A DNA stretch of 64,000 nt from Escherichia phage Phi1: the sequence record EF437941. The stretch is one strand, 5' to 3'. Positions 26,070 through 33,430 of the stretch are shown piece after piece; the stretch's first letter is position 1; the number at the start of each line of letters is the position of its first letter. The translations under genes and the position numbers were made by a program. The notes under the pieces are model-generated. The model was given only the letters and a program-made list of their open reading frames with translations, ran no database searches and had not been told where the DNA came from.

Positions 26070-26092
26070 GGGGATCGGTGATCCCCTGTCAA
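26070..26092 (-). promoter_or_regulatory. PeSL-type early promoter cassette
   Basis: Minus strand reads TTGACA-ggggatcaccgatcccc-TATACT: the 17-nt palindrome forms the spacer exactly. Confidence 0.65.
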
Positions 26093-26100
26093 CAACTTTT

Positions 26101-26409
26101 TTATTCTTCATCTTCATTTTTATCTTTATATGCGTACTTCATAAATTTGTCTGCTACTTTGTCCGCGTTTTCAGGTTCTACGTCTGACGCTAGGACAACA
26201 GCTAGTTCGGTTTTGTCGTTTCCATCATACCAATGATTATGAGTGTCGTTTTCTTCGATATAAAACGAATCATTTGGAGTTGTGCGACAATATACGTCTA
26301 AATTCCCATCGATATAAAAGATCCAATCCGAATACAAAATGATTGCGTTAGCCAGATTTTTATTGTCTCTTACAAAAGGTTCCGCGACAAATAGCTTAGT
26401 TTGTTCCAT
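26101..26409 (-). CDS. HxHW-motif small protein, paralog family member 5 of 6
   Basis: DWIFYIDGNLDVYCRT...NDTHNHWYDGNDKTELAVVLASDVEPENADK; start at ATG 26407-26409 with GAGGAA RBS. Confidence 0.55.
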   Translation of the reverse strand: MEQTKLFVAEPFVRDNKNLANAIILYSDWIFYIDGNLDVYCRTTPNDSFYIEENDTHNHWYDGNDKTELAVVLASDVEPENADKVADKFMKYAYKDKNEDEE

Positions 26410-26425
26410 AATATTTTCCTCAAAA

Positions 26426-26617
26426 TTATACAGCTTCGTAAACTTCCCAATGTTCAGCGCCAACACGCTTAACGAAAAGGTTTTCTTTGATGTTATTCAT
26501 AAACGTCTGGATGGATTTAATGCGGTTGGAAGGTTTCCAGTCTTCGTTGGCATTGCGATGATACATAATAACATTACCAGTTCGCTTATATTCAGCAACC
26601 ATTTTAAGACCACACAT
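26426..26617 (-). CDS. hypothetical protein (63 aa)
   Basis: ORF with GAGGA RBS 8 nt upstream of the ATG. Confidence 0.45.
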   Translation of the reverse strand: MCGLKMVAEYKRTGNVIMYHRNANEDWKPSNRIKSIQTFMNNIKENLFVKRVGAEHWEVYEAV

Positions 26618-26674
26618 AATATTATCCTCAATTTGTGGGAGAGTATTACCCCTCCCAATGATTGTTATGTTATA

Positions 26675-26995
26675 TCACACAAAATGGCGTGTCAATGCTT
26701 CTTTTGCGGTTCCGCTAAGACTTTCGATCTCGCCTGGCATAACATCAACCGCCAGAACTTCTACAACATCCTCGGACCCTAACCAGTGAGTATGGCCTTT
26801 GTAGAACTTGATAACCAGACTACCTTCCTCATCCCATTTAACACTATCGCTAGCCCACCACACATCACCGTCGATAAAGTTGATGTAAAGCACACTACGC
26901 CACATTGAATTAATTACTTTCAATACTGCGCCTTTCATCTCTTCCACGGTATGGTCTTCCATTTTGAAGACCTCACCTACCTGAACTTTTGCCAT
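26675..26995 (-). CDS. HxHW-motif small protein, paralog family member 6 of 6
   Basis: SVLYINFIDGDVWWASD...YKGHTHWLGSEDVVEVLAVDVMPGEIESL. Confidence 0.6.
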   Translation of the reverse strand: MAKVQVGEVFKMEDHTVEEMKGAVLKVINSMWRSVLYINFIDGDVWWASDSVKWDEEGSLVIKFYKGHTHWLGSEDVVEVLAVDVMPGEIESLSGTAKEALTRHFV

Positions 26996-27012
26996 TTAGT
27001 CACCTCTCTTTA

Positions 27013-27192
27013 TTACATAACAATCACGCCAGCCGTTGAAAGTTGATGTTTCAACTGAGCATTTTCTGCTACCGTCAAATCAATGATTTCTTGTGACGCT
27101 GCAATCATATATCCATTGGTGATATTGTTTTGCATCAGTTCAATGGTTTCTTCGTTGTAGCGGATTTTAGCGATGATTTCGTTGAAGTTCAT
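27013..27192 (-). CDS. hypothetical small protein (59 aa)
   Basis: ATG 27190-27192 with GGAGAATCAATC leader; translation MNFNEIIAKIRYNEETIELMQNNITNGYMIAASQEIIDLTVAENAQLKHQLSTAGVIVM. Confidence 0.45.
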   Translation of the reverse strand: MNFNEIIAKIRYNEETIELMQNNITNGYMIAASQEIIDLTVAENAQLKHQLSTAGVIVM

Positions 27193-27232
27193 GATTGATT
27201 CTCCTAGTTCGTTTCGGTATGTGTGTATTATA

Positions 27233-27256
27233 GGGGATCTCCCGATCCCCTGTCAA
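27233..27256 (-). promoter_or_regulatory. PeSL-type early promoter cassette
   Basis: Palindrome ggggatc-tccc-gatcccc (27233-27250) abutting plus tgtcaa 27251-27256; -10 TATAAT on the minus strand. Confidence 0.65.
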
Positions 27257-27264
27257 CAACTTTT

Positions 27265-27576
27265 TTAAAGTTTTTCCATGATAACGGTCATAATTACATC
27301 TTCTGCGCGAGCGGTCAGATTATCAGCGTCAGCATGTGGGCGGTTGGTTGTTACAGAGATAACACCGTTGCGCACTGGTTTGATATTGATATCAAGATGA
27401 TCCGCGAAACGTTCGCCAGTTACAGAATGAATTTTGGTGTTAAATTCTTTTGCCAGTGCCTTGCGAACTTCACGAATCAGGGTAGCGTTTTTCAGTTGGT
27501 TCTCCGCGCTCATGGTCTTCTGGGTGTTCATGGTTCCGTCGAAGTCAATCATTGGCAGCGTTACGATGTATTTCAT
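27265..27576 (-). CDS. hypothetical protein (103 aa)
   Basis: ORF with PeSL leader. Confidence 0.55.
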   Translation of the reverse strand: MKYIVTLPMIDFDGTMNTQKTMSAENQLKNATLIREVRKALAKEFNTKIHSVTGERFADHLDINIKPVRNGVISVTTNRPHADADNLTARAEDVIMTVIMEKL

Positions 27577-27628
27577 TTTTGATTCTCCGTTTAAGAAAGT
27601 GTGTTTCGTTTTGATGTGTGTATTATAA

Positions 27629-27651
27629 GGGGATCACCGATCCCCTGTCAA
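27629..27651 (-). promoter_or_regulatory. PeSL-type early promoter cassette
   Basis: Palindrome ggggatcaccgatcccc (27629-27645) abutting plus tgtcaa 27646-27651. Confidence 0.65.
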
Positions 27652-27663
27652 CAACTTTTTGAA

Positions 27664-28140
27664 TTATTTTTCTTGATGCTCGCGCTCGTACTTTTCGAAA
27701 TAAAATTCTACTGGCTGATCGTGGATTGAAAGCAAGCCAAAGCGTTTAGCCGCTCGCAATCCCATATTGCGCTGAATGTACTTCTGGAAGTTCTCGCGTA
27801 TACACTTACGCCAGGATTCTAAGCCCATACAGCTTTTATAAAGATTGCATTGCACACACGCCGGATTCATGTTATCAAGTATATCATGCTCCGGTTTATG
27901 CATTCCTACAACCTTATACTTCCACGATCCATCATCATTACGAGCAATTCGTCCATTTTCATCATAGACTACCTTTGAGCGTCGTAATACTGGTTTGATG
28001 TGGTCTGCGTGCCAGCGATCCCCTAGTTCCTCGCCACAATAGGCACAACGTCCACCATATTTCATTTTCAGGATCTGGCGTTGCTCTTTCTTTGACAATT
28101 TTTTAGGTTTAGGGGCTTTCGCCCCTTCATTATCACACAT
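27664..28140 (-). CDS. HNH endonuclease (putative homing endonuclease)
   Basis: HNH signature CAYCGEEL...WHADHIKP...NMNPACVQCN; start overlaps the 3' end of the DNA ligase gene. Confidence 0.7.
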   Translation of the reverse strand: MCDNEGAKAPKPKKLSKKEQRQILKMKYGGRCAYCGEELGDRWHADHIKPVLRRSKVVYDENGRIARNDDGSWKYKVVGMHKPEHDILDNMNPACVQCNLYKSCMGLESWRKCIRENFQKYIQRNMGLRAAKRFGLLSIHDQPVEFYFEKYEREHQEK

Positions 28141-29635
28141 CGAATACCTCTTTTACTGTATTTGCAGTGGTCTTGTCGTAGCGAATACGTTTGATGATCG
28201 GGAGAAATAAAGAGAACTCCGGTTCATCTTCTTTACGTGATTTGCTTCGAATGTACCCGTTGCATGTCATCTCAATGACTTTTCCGACCAGGTTATGCCG
28301 TTCAGCCCATAACATTTCTCGGTCAAGATCATTTCGACGATCGAACGGAATTACACGTTCAATACCATCATCACATTTTTCGGTTGTGGTGTCAGTCAAT
28401 CCCGATCCGGTGTTAGTCATCATTCGTCCGCACGCACTACGGACAGTAAAACCGCCCACCTTATTAGGATCTTTACTATGCGGATATACATCAACAATTT
28501 CCGCGTCGAAGTCAATCACTTCTTTAAATTTAACCTGATCTTTACTGCGACGATCTTCAAATACACCATGTAAATTTTTAAGGATAATACCTTCTAATCC
28601 CATGTTTACATAGCGATGATATACTTCGCGAGCTTCATCGAGATTGTTAACTACGGTATTTTCGATTATCTGAACACGAGGATCGTTAAGTTCTTCAACA
28701 ATCTGTTTTAGTTCCTCAAATCGATCTTTATACTGCTTCGTTGCTTTCTCGTTACCGTAGTACACATCACGGTCGATAACATCCCAGACAGTGTAAACAA
28801 TACATTGGGCTTCTTCTTTTGGAATAGTTCCTTTCAGTGATTTGTTGAGGATACCATTTCCGGTCTGACGATCTGCAACAACGGATTCTTTCACTGCTTC
28901 CGTTACTGGCGTTAATGGCATTTCCTCTTCTTCAAATATCCATGACAGAGTACCATCATAAACGCTCTCAACGAAGTTCTGCGCTGGTGTTTGCGAAAGG
29001 GTAGGCATATATACCAATTCGCCATCTAGAACAATTCCACGGCCTCGTAAACGCTCTAAAACCGCAAACAAATCATCAAGCCCTTGATAGGTATTACCTG
29101 AGCGGGTATAGATTGCTAATGTTTCCCCGTCAATATCAGCCATCCCACGAGCGCCATCGCTTTTAAGTTGTGCATACGCCGGATACTTGATATTAGCAAT
29201 AGTCTTGTCAGAACATGACGATGCAAGGTGGCACGGCTGCTGGGGGATCAGTTTCTTCCATACCTTGTTTGCAGTGGTAGCGGAACAACCGCATTCCAGG
29301 TCACGATTCAGGACCATCATTGCAACTTTAGCATCATCCTCTGACAAGCAAGTCAGAGTATCGGTAACTAGCTGTAATGCTGCATTACCAGTTACTTGAC
29401 GCGTGGCAAGTTTATTTTTAAAGACCTGTAATGCACCGGATAAAGACAATACAGACGAATAACGCGATGGTTTATCGTATTTCTTTACGCCAAACGTAAC
29501 CTGTTTGCAATATGCCAGATAAAAGCATTCTTTCAGCGTTTCATTGCTCGCGGATTCTTTCAGAATCTTTTCTTTCAGCGATGTTTTGTCTGTTGCTGCA
29601 AGCTGATTAATGATATTAAGAATTGACATTTTCAC
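28133..29635 (-). CDS. 30: ATP-dependent DNA ligase gp30
   Basis: Matches T4 ligase blocks: AMMVLNRDLECG...ANKVWKKLIPQQP, KADGAR, GELVY, NKSLKGTIPKEEAQC, EGIILKN, KFKEVIDFDAEIV. Confidence 0.9.
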   Translation of the reverse strand: MKMSILNIINQLAATDKTSLKEKILKESASNETLKECFYLAYCKQVTFGVKKYDKPSRYSSVLSLSGALQVFKNKLATRQVTGNAALQLVTDTLTCLSEDDAKVAMMVLNRDLECGCSATTANKVWKKLIPQQPCHLASSCSDKTIANIKYPAYAQLKSDGARGMADIDGETLAIYTRSGNTYQGLDDLFAVLERLRGRGIVLDGELVYMPTLSQTPAQNFVESVYDGTLSWIFEEEEMPLTPVTEAVKESVVADRQTGNGILNKSLKGTIPKEEAQCIVYTVWDVIDRDVYYGNEKATKQYKDRFEELKQIVEELNDPRVQIIENTVVNNLDEAREVYHRYVNMGLEGIILKNLHGVFEDRRSKDQVKFKEVIDFDAEIVDVYPHSKDPNKVGGFTVRSACGRMMTNTGSGLTDTTTEKCDDGIERVIPFDRRNDLDREMLWAERHNLVGKVIEMTCNGYIRSKSRKEDEPEFSLFLPIIKRIRYDKTTANTVKEVFDV

Positions 29636-30095
29636 CTCGTTTTGTTAAACGTTCACGAATATCATTGAGGATACTACAAAATTCCGATTCAGTCAATATA
29701 GTCTTTAACGGATCAGTTCCACCTATACTATGACGCAATTTCTTATTTCCGGTAGCGAGTAATGCTTTACAAAATTCTGGGTTATTCCGTGCCATCGTAA
29801 CAAATGCCAGATGTACCAGTCTGTAATAATGCTCACTCATTCGATGAATCGGGCGACCCTGAAAATATAACATGTGATTCTCTATCTTTTCGGTCCTTCC
29901 GGTTCTTTTTGCTTTGCCACCGTGCATCAAAAAGATTTCTCTTTGTCTCTGAGGGTTCTTAAATCTTAGCCCCTGTAAAAATCCTTCTGTGCTGTTAATA
30001 TCGCAACCAAATAGACGGAATGGTCTTTTATTGAAATTACTCAATTCACCCGATGGATAAGGTCCACCCGCATAGATATCAATTTCAGAAGTCAT
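29616..30095 (-). CDS. NADAR-domain (YbiA/DUF1768-like) protein, putative
   Basis: GELSNF...FGCDINSTEGFLQGLRF...ALLATGNKKL parallels E. coli YbiA FSNF...W.TSEHYFQAQKF...LLLAT as remembered. Confidence 0.4.
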   Translation of the reverse strand: MTSEIDIYAGGPYPSGELSNFNKRPFRLFGCDINSTEGFLQGLRFKNPQRQREIFLMHGGKAKRTGRTEKIENHMLYFQGRPIHRMSEHYYRLVHLAFVTMARNNPEFCKALLATGNKKLRHSIGGTDPLKTILTESEFCSILNDIRERLTKRGENVNS

Positions 30096-30249
30096 TGAAA
30101 CTAATCTCGCTAATCAGAGAGAACGGATCATAATCGTCACTAGGAATATCGATAGTAATCGAGTGAGGGTTTACCCATACACCAAACTGGTCTTCTTCGG
30201 TGAATACTTCGGTATGGATTTCGTGGATGTTTACATTCATAGTTTTCAT
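30085..30249 (-). CDS. hypothetical small protein (54 aa)
   Basis: ATG 30247-30249 with AAGGAA RBS; translation MKTMNVNIHEIHTEVFTEEDQFGVWVNPHSITIDIPSDDYDPFSLISEISFNDF. Confidence 0.4.
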   Translation of the reverse strand: MKTMNVNIHEIHTEVFTEEDQFGVWVNPHSITIDIPSDDYDPFSLISEISFNDF

Positions 30250-30301
30250 AATAAAATTCCTTAATAATCAATAACTTACAAAATCATATAGCCAAAATAT
30301 A

Positions 30302-30320
30302 GGCGGGATTATTACCCGCC
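30302..30320 (-). terminator. hairpin terminator after gene 31 (minus strand)
   Basis: GGCGGG-attatt-ACCCGCC hairpin with U-rich flank on the minus strand. Confidence 0.45.
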
Positions 30321-30332
30321 GTTTAAAAATCA

Positions 30333-30656
30333 TTAACCGTAAACTACCACAATATTCTGTTTGTGCGTTACAGTCCATTTCAGGTCGATCTCTTCTTCCT
30401 TCTTAACGCCGTTAATAACGTCTGGATGAGGAACTTTATTCATCTTTCCATGTGGCAGTAAAACAGTTTTACCCAGCAATTCTTTATCTACCGTCTCGCC
30501 AATATCAATAATCTTACCTACCAGCGGAATCTCACCCATAGTGCGCTTTTGCTCAATAATGATCCCCATAGAGCTTTTTACTTCGGTCCCTGCGCTTTCT
30601 GCTTTAGCTTCGATAATTACATAATCACCAAGTGCTTTAGGAGTTTTAACGGTCAT
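30333..30656 (-). CDS. 31: co-chaperonin gp31 (GroES-like)
   Basis: 107 aa; GDYVIIEAKAE...VPHP pattern resembles T4 gp31 (GEYVILVSEPAQAGDEE...NVPHP); T4 gp31 is 111 aa. Confidence 0.7.
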   Translation of the reverse strand: MTVKTPKALGDYVIIEAKAESAGTEVKSSMGIIIEQKRTMGEIPLVGKIIDIGETVDKELLGKTVLLPHGKMNKVPHPDVINGVKKEEEIDLKWTVTHKQNIVVVYG

Positions 30657-30697
30657 AATTTTATTACCTCTTCAAATCAATACAGTTTAATGATGAA

Positions 30698-31018
30698 TTA
30701 TTTATAAATTTCGACGATCTGCGCTGGAGTCAGCCCGTCTACATTAATCAGACTATCAAGCCCAAAACTACGGAAACCTTCAACTGCAATTTCATATACT
30801 GGCAAAGATGTTTCTGATTCTTTACGCGGTTTTTCGACATTAGGAACTAACCACTTTTCGTATGTTTCGAAAGGCATCAGTGCCGGATCTCGCGTGGCGA
30901 TCATCTCGCGGACAGTACCATCTTTCTTAGTAAACTGCAAAGAGTGAGTACCGACCGAAAACATTTTCTTTAGTGCTTCACGAAGTGCGATATTATCAAT
31001 TTGTTCAGTCATTATCAA
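30698..31018 (-). CDS. hypothetical protein (about 105 aa)
   Basis: ORF between cd and gene 31; start may be the third codon (MTEQ...). Confidence 0.55.
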   Translation of the reverse strand: MIMTEQIDNIALREALKKMFSVGTHSLQFTKKDGTVREMIATRDPALMPFETYEKWLVPNVEKPRKESETSLPVYEIAVEGFRSFGLDSLINVDGLTPAQIVEIYK

Positions 31019-31511
31019 TACCCTTCAAATCAGTCAATAATTCTTTTGGAATACGAGTGATCGTAATATCTGCATTGTTCAGAATATCAGCCCAATCACG
31101 CCCACCATTTCGATCATATGTGTCGCAATAATATAGATGTTTAATTCCACTGTTTGCAATTGCTTTAGCGCAATCTGGACATGGTGAAGCAGTACACCAC
31201 ATACTAGCGCCTTCAATCGATACACCGCTACGGGCAGCAAACAAAATAGCATTTAATTCAGCGTGGATCTCGTTTTTCTGTGACCATGCACTATGCTCTG
31301 GTCGTTTTTCTGGGATCATTTTGCCTTCATCATCCAGCCAACCGCTTTTATGTGCATGACAGCTACAATTTACTTGCCCTGCTGGAGTGCCGTTAAATCC
31401 AGTAGAAATAATTCGCCCGTCTTTTTCGATTAGTGCTCCTACCTTCCACGAAACACATTTAGAGTTCTTTGCGATTAGATAGGCGATCTGCATGTAAGTT
31501 TGTGACAACAT
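31005..31511 (-). CDS. cd: dCMP deaminase
   Basis: Cytidine/dCMP deaminase zinc motifs HAELNAI and PCPDCAKAI. Confidence 0.85.
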   Translation of the reverse strand: MLSQTYMQIAYLIAKNSKCVSWKVGALIEKDGRIISTGFNGTPAGQVNCSCHAHKSGWLDDEGKMIPEKRPEHSAWSQKNEIHAELNAILFAARSGVSIEGASMWCTASPCPDCAKAIANSGIKHLYYCDTYDRNGGRDWADILNNADITITRIPKELLTDLKGIDND

Positions 31512-31532
31512 AATATAATCCTCACATATTAA

Positions 31533-31736
31533 TTAACCGTATACGCGAAAGTATTCTACTGATCCGTCGCTATACTGTTTTACATTGAATGTATTCACAC
31601 CATGATTATTTCTCATGATGACATATACACTGCGACGTTCATCGCTAAACGGCATAACTGGCGCTGGTTCAATATCAACACTAAAACCACGTTTAGCAAG
31701 TGCTTCGCCTAATTGCTTGAGTTTATCGGTAAACAT
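31533..31736 (-). CDS. hypothetical protein (67 aa)
   Basis: ORF between pseT and cd. Confidence 0.5.
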   Translation of the reverse strand: MFTDKLKQLGEALAKRGFSVDIEPAPVMPFSDERRSVYVIMRNNHGVNTFNVKQYSDGSVEYFRVYG

Positions 31737-32614
31737 TAAAAGTCTCCGTAGTTAACCTGAAAACATTCTACACCAATTGAGCGGTACATGTCAACCACTT
31801 GATCACGGTCATCTACTGCCAAAACAACATGATAACGCGGTGCAATTTCAGAGAAGAAAATCTCTTTCTTCACTTCATGATCAGGACGACGATCATTAGT
31901 TTCACGTTGAAAGTGATCACTAGGTTCAATACCCTGTTCACGCAACCATTGCAGAGTATCTTCTTCGCAAACATCCTCACGTCCTGAGCATGTAATGATA
32001 CGATAACCATTATCACGATACAGTTTAAGCATTTCGATCACTTGCGGACGCGGTTTATCTTCTTTGACCTTTGTCCAGTCAAACGGATGACGACCGCCCT
32101 TATCCGCTAATGTCCCATCAATATCAAAGATCACTGCCTTTGGCAGCATGGTATTCGGTTTGTATACTTCTTGACCCATATATTCCTGCATCAGATAAAA
32201 TTGGTTGCGCAAATGAGAAAGTGGAATTGCTTTCTCTCCGCGATAGAAATTACGTTTCTTTAGTGTCTCAAATGATTCATTGAACACTTGTTCAGTATAC
32301 ACCGCGTTAAATTCTTTTGCAAGTTCTTTGTAGAATACACGATGTTTTTCTTTCAGGTTAGTATCAGAGATAATGATACTTAATCCGCGTGATAGAGTCT
32401 CACGAGCAATCATTCTCTGAATAGTCTCTACCAGCTTTTCTTTTTCCTTAGTATACTTGTATTTCAAATGTGAGTCAACACCAAACAACATAAGACGAAG
32501 GTCATCACGATTCACATTACGATAATTACTAAACCGTTTACATGTCTCCATAGCCCATGTAGTTTTACCGGACCCAGAACAACCAACGGTTAAAATCACT
32601 TCACATTTCGGCAT
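31736..32614 (-). CDS. pseT: polynucleotide 5'-kinase/3'-phosphatase PseT
   Basis: VILTVGCSGSGKTTWA, NRDD, ISDTNL, AVIFDIDGTLA, VKKEIF, AVDDRDQVVDMYRSIGVECFQV...GDF match T4 Pnk. Confidence 0.9.
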   Translation of the reverse strand: MPKCEVILTVGCSGSGKTTWAMETCKRFSNYRNVNRDDLRLMLFGVDSHLKYKYTKEKEKLVETIQRMIARETLSRGLSIIISDTNLKEKHRVFYKELAKEFNAVYTEQVFNESFETLKKRNFYRGEKAIPLSHLRNQFYLMQEYMGQEVYKPNTMLPKAVIFDIDGTLADKGGRHPFDWTKVKEDKPRPQVIEMLKLYRDNGYRIITCSGREDVCEEDTLQWLREQGIEPSDHFQRETNDRRPDHEVKKEIFFSEIAPRYHVVLAVDDRDQVVDMYRSIGVECFQVNYGDF

Positions 32615-33066
32615 TATTTCTCCTTCGGTTTGCACCGTTCCTCATTAAGTTCTTTTCGATAATAACACATGATCAACTTACTTTCAAGTGTATATCTCTT
32701 AATATCCGCAAGCCAGACTCTGAATTTTTGGGAGTCCTCCCACGACATAGAAACTCTAGGTTTACCGTCTATTGTATCCACTTTCAGGTCAATGTCAACT
32801 TTTTCTATTGGTGCTGGTAGTGGAGGATGTAATTTCGGTTCCTGTGAATAATGGTCCATTGTACACGAAGAAAGCGCAAATACAATAGGCACAGCGAAGA
32901 CATGGATTATGGCGGTCTGAAAATTCTTATGTGCTTTCTTAAACATCCAGTGTATCACGAAAATTGAAAACACCATCAGGATAATAATGCTTGCACCTAT
33001 CCACAGATAATCAACCAGATTAAAATTGCTTATCTGCTCTTGTGTAGGCAATATTTCTATGCTCAT
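32614..33066 (-). CDS. membrane/lipoprotein, candidate o-spanin-like component
   Basis: Two hydrophobic segments, the second ending in lipobox-like ALSSC followed by a Pro-rich stretch; AGGAGG RBS; lies beside pseT where T4 encodes its spanins. Confidence 0.4.
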   Translation of the reverse strand: MSIEILPTQEQISNFNLVDYLWIGASIIILMVFSIFVIHWMFKKAHKNFQTAIIHVFAVPIVFALSSCTMDHYSQEPKLHPPLPAPIEKVDIDLKVDTIDGKPRVSMSWEDSQKFRVWLADIKRYTLESKLIMCYYRKELNEERCKPKEK

Positions 33067-33386
33067 TTAGTAGCCTCCTTTAATTCTTCGGTAAACTCCT
33101 TAAATGAATCATTAAGCTGTTTCTCTACCAACTTGGGTTTTTGTGCTACTACGTAGCCTCGTGTAGCGTCTTTCATTGCTTTGTTTTGTTCTTCTGTAAA
33201 CTTAGTTCTTATTCCGTACATCTCCTTTTGTAGTGAGTCTACGACCTTCATCTTTTCATCGGTCTTTTTCTTATACTCTGTAAATTCCTGATTCAGTCGA
33301 TCTACCTCCTTTTTATTTTCCCACCACATATTGCCACCTACCCCCAGCAACGCAGATATGATAACAATGTATATCAGCTTTGACAT
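33063..33386 (-). CDS. candidate i-spanin (N-terminal TM helix plus coiled-coil periplasmic domain)
   Basis: From ATG 33384-33386: MSKLIYIVIISALLGVGGNMWW then charged coiled-coil; start overlaps the downstream gene by 4 nt. Confidence 0.4.
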   Translation of the reverse strand: MSKLIYIVIISALLGVGGNMWWENKKEVDRLNQEFTEYKKKTDEKMKVVDSLQKEMYGIRTKFTEEQNKAMKDATRGYVVAQKPKLVEKQLNDSFKEFTEELKEATK

Positions 33387-33406
33387 ATTACCCCCAACGA
33401 CAAAAG

Positions 33407-33424
33407 GCGGGGAACTAGCCCCGC
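33407..33424 (-). terminator. hairpin terminator after rnlA (minus strand), tentative
   Basis: GCGGGG-aactag-CCCCGC with minus-strand U-tract; sits just upstream of the candidate i-spanin start. Confidence 0.35.
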
Positions 33425-33430
33425 TTATTA

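Noticed and set aside
26339-26782. 147-aa plus-strand ORF 26339..26782
   Set aside because: It spans two minus-strand genes and their intergenic RBS region, which is incompatible with the conserved leader/RBS architecture on the minus strand.
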